A stretch of 42,100 nucleotides of DNA from contig NIVC01004556.1 in NCBI GenBank assembly GCA_002269645.1, forward strand, positions 1-42,100, written 5' to 3'. The DNA is from Macrostomum lignano. Taxonomy: Eukaryota. Both the position numbers and the translations under genes were made by a program. The notes below the pieces were generated by a model. The model searched no databases, had not been told where the DNA came from, and worked only from the letters and a program-made list of their open reading frames with translations. Below are positions 33,553 through 42,100 of this stretch, piece by piece (the first letter of the stretch is position 1; the number at the start of each line of letters is the position of its first letter).

Positions 33553-33900
33553 GGAGTTGGCTGGGGTAGGAGAAGGGGGGTTGGCTGGGGTAGGAGAAGG
33601 GGGGTTGGCTGGGGTAGGAGAAGGGGGGTTGGCTGGGGCAGGAGAAGGGGGGTTGGCTGCGGTAGGAGAAGGGGGGTTGGCTGCGGTAGGAGAAGGGGGG
33701 TTGGCTGCGGTAGGAGAAGGGGGTTGGCTGGGGTAGGAGAAGGGGGGTTGGCTGGGGTAGGAGAAGTGGGGTTGGCTGGGGTAGAAGAAGTGGTTTTGGC
33801 TGAGTCAAGGACCACTAGGAACACTTCGTTCTAGTCTAGTAGTCCTTGGACTGGGGTAGGAGAAGTGGGGTTGAGTGGGGTAGGAGATTGGGGTAGGAGA
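33553..33900. repeat. 24-bp G-rich minisatellite interrupted by a 50-nt palindromic insert
   Basis: Unit ggctggggtaggagaaggggggtt; insert at 33803-33852. Confidence 0.93.
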
Positions 33901-34013
33901 GCTATTATTTTCTTGTAGCTGGTTCTTAGCTTCAAAACACGAACCAAGGGGTTTTACCTGTAGTTCTCCAGGCTACAGTCGCACTGACCTGCTCAGAACC
34001 GCATACTCCGCAG

Positions 34014-34932
34014 GTACGCCTACGACCAGGAGCTTTGTCTAAACTCCCGAGTCCAGGAGGCCTTCCTCAGCTCCTGCCGCTGCCTCTACGTGGAGATGCC
34101 TTCTGTGACGCCTCCGAACAAGACGCACCCATACTGCGCCCACCTGGACGAGAAAATCTACGAGAGGGCCGAATGCGCCAGCACTCTGGACCAAAGGAGA
34201 ATCCGGCAGGCCTTCGAGGCCAGCGAGTGCCTGCCCAGATGTCAGCAGCTCAGCTACGAGAAGGAGCTGTCCGTGACCAAGTGGCGGGACACCCAGTGGA
34301 TGCTGTACTGGATCAAGGAAGTCTCTGAGAAGTGGGCCTCGCACATCAACAGTCTTGAGAAGAGAAAAACACCGGAGGCGGAGTTCAGAAGCAACCTCGA
34401 GCAACTGCTGGAATACTTCAGGATGCAGAACATCACGGATCCGCAACTGCTGCGCGGCAGCGACGCCGGCACCTTCCAGTTTAACGACAGCTTCACGTAC
34501 GTGGTGGTGAAGCGCCAGTCGAACAACACTCTGGTGCGCCAGGAGAAGATCGTGCTGACAATCAACGCCCTGTTCAGCCGGATCGGCGGTCTGTGCTCGA
34601 TGTACATCGGACTGACTCTGGCCTTCTTTGTCGAATGCGTCGAGCTGCTCTACCGAATGGTGTTCGACCGACGCTCCGAGTCGGCAGCGGCGGCTCGCGG
34701 CCAGACGCGAGATTCGTCGGTGGAAGCCGTGGATCTCGGACTGGACGAGCAGCAGCGAGTCCTCGACGTCACCGACGCCAGCCGTATAGGCCAGGATGAA
34801 GCTGCGGAGAAGCTGGACCTGCTAGAGGCTCGCGGTAGGCCGCGAGACCCGGCGACTGGAGCTGCCGGGTCGTCAAATGGAGGCGACGACTTTGTGTGGA
34901 TCCGGCAGGGCAGGAATCCGAGCGGCCTGTGA
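34014..34932 (+). CDS. DEG/ENaC terminal exon (Cys-rich thumb, TM2, C-tail)
   Basis: ELC...SCRCL...YC...C...CLPRCQQLSYE...LFSRIGGLCSMYIGLTLAFFVECVELLY. TGA at 34930-34932; AATAAA at 34966-34971. Confidence 0.93.
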
Positions 34933-36144
34933 CGAACTGGGACTCAGCTTTATATTTATTGACAAAATAAAACTGCGACTTTACTCGAACATTTATGATT
35001 GCGTATAGCTGCGAGCTCATCTAGGACCACTAATAATTATACTTTTTAAATAGAATTTAACATTTTGTTTTCGGTAAATCAGCGCTGAGTAGACAAGTTT
35101 TGTGTTGTTGAATTCGAATTTGCGCCAAAACAGACATTGCTAAGCAACGCTAATATACCAAATGAATAATCATTCTGCCCATTCCGCTGACTTCTCAGCA
35201 CACACAAGCGTGAATCACACGACAACCCCCCTGGGCCAATTTTCCTGCACACGAGCCCCGAATGAATATGACAGCGCACGGAATCGAACCACGGGGTCGT
35301 CGTATGGCGCGAGAGTCAGTTGAGTTTACAGCGGAGCAGCTTAAATTTAAAATACATTTAGCTTAGCAATCTCATCTTAGAAAGTCGATTAATTGTTAGG
35401 CGTTTAATGGTATTTGAATGATGTTTAAAAGCTCGTAAACAGTAACGCTTTTTTGGCGCGAATTTGAAATTCGATGCGTACCGTGTGTAGTTTTTGCGCT
35501 TTTATTGACATTTTTGCCTACTTGAGAGTTCTGCTGTGCAATGAGAAGCTTAAAAGTAAAGATTTTTACAATATTGGTAATTTTTTATCTCTTTCGAGTA
35601 ATTGGAGCTTTTTGGCACAAGCATTCTACTGAACATGCATCGAAATCAGAGACTAAGAAATTTAAGAATGGCTTGCCCGCAGAATTCTTCAAGACGCTTC
35701 ATTCTTCAGTCGAAATTGTTACACTGTATTCTAACCATCGCAGAATTTCAACTGCGGGATGAATTTGCAAATGATCCTCAGTTCCGATACAATTTTTTTA
35801 TTCATGAAATCTTAAAGCAATGAGATTTGGAATTCTGCCCGCACAGAAGTCTGAATTTCCATATTTAGTTAGCCTGAATACGTGCTTCAGTTATCAGCTC
35901 CCCGTATGACGTAGATCTGAGCAGGCAGAAGGAGAACTGCATCTGTTGCTACTTTTTAAGCTGTAAAAATACACCACCGGATTAACAACGAAACACCAAG
36001 TGCATTTAGCAGCTGATACGAGTGTAACCTGGGCATGCTTTGGCTAAGCTGATCTCGTATCGCTGAATTGATCATGAGTAACTGAGTCAGGCATTGGTCA
36101 GGAGGTTGTCGGTCAGAGGATCGATCTGTCAGGGGATTTGCTTG

Positions 36145-36948
36145 GTCAGGAGTCAGGGATTGATCGGTCAGGAGTCAGGGATTGATCGGTCAGGAGTCAG
36201 GGATTGATCCGTCAGGAGTCAGGGATTGATCCGTCAGGAGTCAGGGATTGATCGGTCAGGAGTCAGAGATGGATCGGTCAGGAGTCAGGGATTGATCGGT
36301 CAGGAGTCAGGGATGGATCGGTCATGAATGATTCAGGGATTGATCGGTCAGGAGTCAGGGATTGATCGGTCAGGAGTCAGGGATTGATCGGTCAGGAGTC
36401 AGAGATTGATCGGTCAGGAGTCAGGGATTGATCGGTCAGGAGTCAGGGATTGATCGGTCATGAATGATTCAGGGATTGATCGGTCAGGAGTCAGGGATTG
36501 ATCGGTCAGGAGTCAGGGATTGATCCGTCAGGAGTCAGGGACGGATCGGTCAGGAGTCAGGGATTGATCGGTCAGGAGTCAGGGATTGATCGGTCAGGAG
36601 TCAGGGATTGATCGGTCAGGAGTCAGGGATTGATCGGTCAGGAGTCAGGGATTGATCCGTCAGGAGTCAGGGATGGATCGGTCAGGAGTCAGGGATGGAT
36701 CGGTCAGGAGTCAGGGATGGATCGGTCAGGAGTCAGGGATGGATCGGTCAGGAGTCAGAGATTGATCGGTCAGGAGTCAGGGATGGATCGGTCAGGAGTC
36801 AGGGATGGATCGGTCAGGAGTCAGAGATTGATCGGTCAGGAGTCAGGGATGGATCGGTCAGGAGTCAGGGATGGATCGGTCAGGAGTTAGGGATTGATCG
36901 GTCAGGAGTCAGGGATGGATCGGTCGGGAGTCAGGGATGGATCGGTCA
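36145..36948. repeat. 22-bp minisatellite (about 36 copies)
   Basis: Unit ggtcaggagtcagggattgatc; a rarer variant ggtcatgaatgattcagg occurs twice, about 135 bp apart. Confidence 0.97.
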
Positions 36949-37195
36949 GCGCATGAGCCATCTCAAGATTTGCTATTATCAAATTCACAAACGCAGAGAA
37001 GCGGCCTCAGATTTGCTTAGATTCGAACGAGTTTCTGCACGAGAACCAGCTCGTATTGAGAAATGTAAATTTAAACACTATTTAAACAGAACTGGCTTTT
37101 ATAAACACCTGATGACATAGAGTATTCTATCCCTGTTTCGCAAGCTGAGGACAAATGCTGCATCACTATAATATATATTATAGTCCATTCTGGAA

Positions 37196-37506
37196 AGTAG
37201 CGTGGAGAAGTAGACTCGGGAAGGAGAGCTGAGAAGTAGACTGGCGAAGGAGACCGGAGTAGACTCGGGAAGGAGAGTGGAGAAGTAGACTAGGGAAGGA
37301 GAGTGGAGAAGTAGACTGGGGAAGGAGAGTGGAGAAGTAGAATCGGGAAGGAGAGTGGAGAAGTAGACTGGGGAAGGAGAGTGGAGAAGTAGACTTGGAA
37401 AGGAGAGTGGAGAAGTAGACTGGGGAAGGAGAGTGGAGAAGTAGACTTGGAAAGGAGAGTTGAGAAGTAGACTCGGGAAGGAGAGTGAAGTAGACTCGGG
37501 AAGTAG
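37196..37506. repeat. 26-bp purine-rich minisatellite (about 12 copies) immediately 3' of the EFCAB11 stop
   Basis: Unit agtagactggggaaggagagtggaga; agac recurs at 37261 and 37287. Confidence 0.95.
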
Positions 37507-37508
37507 TC

Positions 37509-37991
37509 TCATTGCTGATCCGGGTCAAACTTCATGGCGAACTCGAAGTCCCGATAGGTGACTCGGCCGTCAGCGTCGGCGTCCACCTCGGCGAAGGCGC
37601 GGTCAACGGCGAAGCCGCCGGCAGCCAATCGCGGCGCAAGGAGACCGACAGCGCGGCGCAGGTCCTCGGCCCGGAGGAAATTCCGGCCGCCGGAGTCCAG
37701 CGCGGCAAAGGCGTGCCGGAGCTGACCATCAGCGTCCAGACGCGACATCCGAGCTGAAGCCAGTCGCCGGAAGGTGTCGAGAGTCACGAACTCATCAGTG
37801 GGGCCAGCAACTGCGGGCTGCGACTGCATGATGAGGTCGAGCTCCCGGCGGCAGGGCTTGTAGCCAAAGAGCTCGATCCAGGCGACCTTCACGTCACCAC
37901 GGCAAAGCCGGCCATCCGAGTCGGCATCAGCATTCGCAAAGGCGTCATCAATGCGGAGCTGCCGGGTGGCCTCGCTTACCATGGAGTGCAT
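37509..37991 (-). CDS. EFCAB11: EF-hand calcium-binding domain protein 11 orthologue, single coding exon (possible starts at 38030, 37991 or 37982)
   Basis: LFGYKP, RHAFAALD..GRNFL..EDLRRA...APRL and FAEVDADADGRVTYRDFEFAM are collinear with human EFCAB11 as recalled (LFGYKPS, RHIFTAFD, APKL, FREVDRDSDGHVSFRDFEYAL). Confidence 0.88.
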   Translation of the reverse strand: MHSMVSEATRQLRIDDAFANADADSDGRLCRGDVKVAWIELFGYKPCRRELDLIMQSQPAVAGPTDEFVTLDTFRRLASARMSRLDADGQLRHAFAALDSGGRNFLRAEDLRRAVGLLAPRLAAGGFAVDRAFAEVDADADGRVTYRDFEFAMKFDPDQQ

Positions 37992-40900
37992 CAGTGCGCT
38001 GCGGGTGGCAGAGATTATTAGCTTTATCATAGGGCTAGGGTAGGGTTAGATAGGGTCTTGGGTAGAGTTATACATAATTGAGAGAACAATCTGATTAAAG
38101 CTGTAACTGTATAGAACTATGCTTTATTTTAAATTATAGCTAAATCGAACATTTTGATTCGCAAAAAAGTTTGATAAATTGAATACAAATTCAACTGAAT
38201 ATTTAAATAATATTGACAATTAAATTGCATCTTTTTTATTAATATGTTTTACTCACTGATATAATTAACTGTTCTGTACTAAAAATACAGTGAAAAAACT
38301 ATGTTAAATGAACAAAACATGTCACATTTAAATTTAAATAAGATATTTAAATAAAAACCTGTAAGTAAGCTTATATAGAAATTATAGAAATATAGAAACT
38401 AATTGATGGTAAAATTGATTAGAATATCTATTTAAATAACCATATTAGCTTAAAATCTAATGCAAAAGCAAGAGTTTTTGGTTAACAATTAAATGATGTA
38501 GTAAAGTAGGCACTAATATGGTGCAATAACAACAAATTGAAGAGGGCTAAGCATATTGTTGTATATAATATAATATTTTATTGTTTTCTGTTAAATAGGC
38601 CAACATAAAATTAAGCTGTCTTCGTCCGTCAGACAGTAATCATACAGATTTACAGTCATCTGTATGGCGATAGGCCTAGCATTTATTAATAGTTTAGCAA
38701 TTTTTAAGTTTAGTAGATTGTAACAGAAAGTAATAATGTTTTCGAAAAAGAAAGCATTTCATTGTAACTTTAAAGATGCTTGTAACAGCTCCAATTGTCA
38801 TATTGGGTAAAAGTTTGAGCAGCAAAACAATTCTACTTTAAAGAGCATAGCTAAGCCTAAAACACTTATTATGCAGATATGCAGTTCTTTTAAAAAGACC
38901 ATGTTAGAAACGGAGGTGAAGCTTTGATGAAAATACATATTATAACAAATGCACACAGGTGAAAATTAGGAAAAAGTGTATTTTCTGACGTTCGGGGACT
39001 CTATTTTGTCTAAATATTTTTTCTGAGCTAACAACCAAGCAGAGAGAGATAAAAACTTTAATTTTGAACTAATCTGTGTGTATAAATTAGCCCTTCGATT
39101 GTTGCCTTTAAGCGCAGTCCCAAGTCACAAGTGGGTCTAAAATTTGGTGCACCAGAGAACGTAAACAGTTCGAGCACAGGCTTCATAGAGGCTAATTATA
39201 CTAACATCATGCGCTTAGCGGGAAAGCAAAACAAAAAACTAAAATGTACAAAATGGAAAAGTCTTAAAACGCTAACGAGACATATATATGTGCTGTATGT
39301 ATTGTACAATCAACCGAAATCAAGAGAACTCGGGTAGTTATAACTGGATTAATTTTTGCTATTGGCGCGTGATTTTTTTAGCGTAAAAAGGGATGAGCTT
39401 AGCAAAATGCGATAAAGGCGGAAAACTACATGAATAGTAATTCAGATCCGTTTAAAAAACAGGACAGACTGGCTCGTATTTGCCTTGTCAATACAGTTCT
39501 TTATGTACCCAACGTAAAGAATTGTGCCCGTGATTTTTTGAAGAAAGTCACACAGAGCATTTGCTACCGTGAGTTCTTTAAAGCCCAAAAACCTACACGG
39601 AAGCTATACTAATATATTGTTTTGATTGCAATATCAAAATCCGTATCCGACAACATTTACATTTAACCGTTTTTCTGTATGCATTGTCTCATTGAAGATG
39701 CATTCGTTCAACTTGGATGCACATTAGCTGCTTGAAAGTCATTTGTTAATACTTCTTCGAATTTGGATAGCTTACAAAAAACAAGTATAAGAATTTGGAA
39801 CTAGTAGGTGTGTGGCGTATTATGCAAAGAAAATGTTATAAGCAGAAGTTCCCCAAAGAATAGATTTTCTAGGGGCAAGCATGTAGCATTGTGAACTGCG
39901 CTGTTACAGTGTGCTGTCAACACTACTGTCTAACTTAATTATCACCAGCGGCTTTGACTTTAAGCTGTTTGTTCGCGCCACGGAAACGACAGTTTTGAGA
40001 GCCCTGAATGCGGGCAAAACAAGCAGCCTGCCATAGCACTGTGTGACATAGCTATACGACAAATGCAAATAACAAGTCTTTGAAAGACTTCTGCTTGTTG
40101 CAAACGACTTATTTCTGAAATTGAATTACTCTCGTGTGGACTATCGGAACTAACTTAAAATCCGGATGCTTTAGTTCTGTGCAGAGGCGTTCATTCAGAG
40201 TGAGAAATGCGAATTCCAAGTCAGTTCGCTGAATGGAAAAGAGATATACATTTGCATGTTAAGCATAGGGAAGACTTGCTGCAGGCTTGCATGTCGCAAC
40301 TCACTGCTGCCACAGCATACCCTCCTATAGATTTATTGAAGTTCGTTTTTTACTATGCAAGAGACTTAACTCGAATTAGCTAGCGAAAAAATTTGTGAAC
40401 TTCAAAAAGAGTTGAAATTATTGAAGTGCTGTCTAATACAAAACAGTTTTATAGAATTGCTGAACATTTTGTTAATCCTTTAAGCTTTTATGCAGACAAC
40501 GGAGGACAGCAACTTTAATGTTGGCACTATATTGGTAATAGCTCAGCTTCCAAAAAATAATTGGTCTATTGACATGCTGAAAAGTATTATTGGAGAGCAG
40601 CAAACAGTCCCAGAATGCAGCTGTGACCTATAAATGCAGCTCGAAGCGGAGAAATATCTAGTTAATATAGAATGCCAAGGCAGCCCTCGCAACTGAAGCC
40701 GCTCAGCGGGCACCTACTTTTGTCCCATAGACATCAGCAGCTGCCATAGTCTATGGGCCAAAAGGACATTTGATACATTTGTACGCCTGGTACATCTGCT
40801 TGCATTTTAAAGCTGAATCAGGGAAGCCTCTATCGTCACTGCGCTTCGACCATAGAGGCTTCCTTGGCTGAATTCAAAGCAAATACCGACTCAGTAGGCT

Positions 40901-41717
40901 TCTTAAATGTTCCTAATTTTGTCTTAAAATAAAGTCAACACAAACTGCAGGGAATTCTTGATGCAGCAAGCTTTAAACATAAATTATGAAAATCAGTGCT
41001 GCTGAATATAAATCGTTAAATTTTTTTTATCGATTCTCAGGGTTGCTGTAAACGTTGCAAAATTTAGAAGCATCCTAAAGGCCGTAAAATAGGACAATTG
41101 TGGAGAATAATTTTAAGCAGCATCTAACAGGCGAAAATTATCATCGCTGCGAAAGGCCAAACGACCAATATAGATCTGCATCGTTCGAATTTATAAAAAA
41201 ATTCACTTGCTACATACAGACAGACAGACAGACAGACAAACATCGCAGCAGTTTTAGTATTAGGACTTAGGTATTGTATTAATAGCAAACAAATCAGTAC
41301 CAATGCAAAATGCTAAGTTTCTGTCAAAAGAAAAGTCGCCTGCTATCTCTTACGTACGAGCTGAGTAGTCTTTCAAAAAGCAGAGACAAATTATCAGAGT
41401 GATTCGGAAATGTCAGTTGATAAGCAAGCCTGTGTCTTCTCATTCACAAAGCAGGCCGTCAGGGCCATCGCAGCGGCGGCCCACAGAAGCTGTCGCAGCG
41501 GCCCGGCGGCCAGCCAGCTCGAGTCCGACTTTGACCTCCCGATGAGTTGACAGGCAGCGCTGCAGCCTGCGGAGACTCCGAGCAGAGAGTGTGCACGAGA
41601 AACCTGCGGAGTGGGCGAGATGTCTGTCTGATGCGGGGAACAGACCGAAACAGAACAGAGTTAAATGAAAAAGACAGAATACTTATACTCTGCACTAGCA
41701 CAATAACGCTCACAGCG

Positions 41718-41908
41718 GATTGTCCTGACAGTTGACCCGTACCGCCCTTCAACAGCAGCGCTGCCGCAGTCGCAGCACTGACGGATCCATCCGACATGCG
41801 CTGTAAGCAGACGCCAGACGCGGATCGTTGAGCGAGCGCAGCGGGTAGACATCGACCTGGCTGATCCGCGGCGGGCTGAGCTGGGGCAGCTCGAACTGGC
41901 CGAAGATC
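41718..41908 (-). CDS. Unidentified coding-like exon of a gene continuing beyond the right edge
   Basis: Frame IFGQFELPQLSPPRISQVDVYPLRSLNDPRLA has almost all codons ending in G/C, like the other exons. Donor-like ct|gtgagc near 41717. The frame contains a TGA and the product is not recognised. Confidence 0.4.
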
Positions 41909-41973
41909 CTCAATGGATTTTCAGGGCGAAAAAAATTATAGGCATTGTAATTTTTTGATTGTCAGTCTCACCG

Positions 41974-42100
41974 CACCGTCTAATTATAAACCCCAGCCTC
42001 CCACCTGTCTAATTATAAACGCCCAGCTCCCCACCTGTCTAATTATAAACCCAGCCTCCCACCTGTCTAATTATAAACCCCAGCCTCCCCACTGTCTATT
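41974..42100. repeat. About 29-bp minisatellite running off the right edge
   Basis: Unit ccacctgtctaattataaaccccagcctc, 4-5 copies visible. Confidence 0.9.

Noticed and set aside
39750-40640. Stop-riddled frames vaguely like a decayed DNA-transposon protein
   Set aside because: No diagnostic catalytic or zinc-finger motif could be pinned down; needs a Dfam/tblastx search.

Overview
Eukaryotic (animal) genomic DNA with GC-rich exons, AT-rich spacers and a very high density of minisatellites. This composition suggests a free-living flatworm such as Macrostomum lignano, which is an inference and cannot be verified here. Left to right: (1) 5' part of a minus-strand Ty3/gypsy LTR retrotransposon (CHCC-type Gag, protease, RT start, tRNA-iMet PBS, putative LTR), apparently inside an intron of (2) a GRAMD1/Aster-like sterol-transfer gene (+; GRAM exon with frameshifts, then VASt-TM-coiled-coil exon). 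(3) A 6-exon alpha-arrestin gene (+) with no clear start codon and no PPxY motif. (4) A complete 10-exon SLC6 glycine/amino-acid transporter gene (-; 707 aa as reconstructed). (5) A DEG/ENaC channel gene (+) with atypical pore residues and a broken 5' end. (6) An intronless EFCAB11 orthologue (-). (7) An unidentified coding-like exon at the right edge (-). About 15 tandem arrays and one CORE/MIR-like SINE sit in introns and spacers. The best leads are the atypical DEG/ENaC pore, the intronic arrays built from splice-signal-like or TEAD-like motifs, and several single-base frameshifts that may be assembly errors. No prokaryotic systems, CRISPR arrays, rRNA or true tRNA genes were found. All alignments were done by eye.
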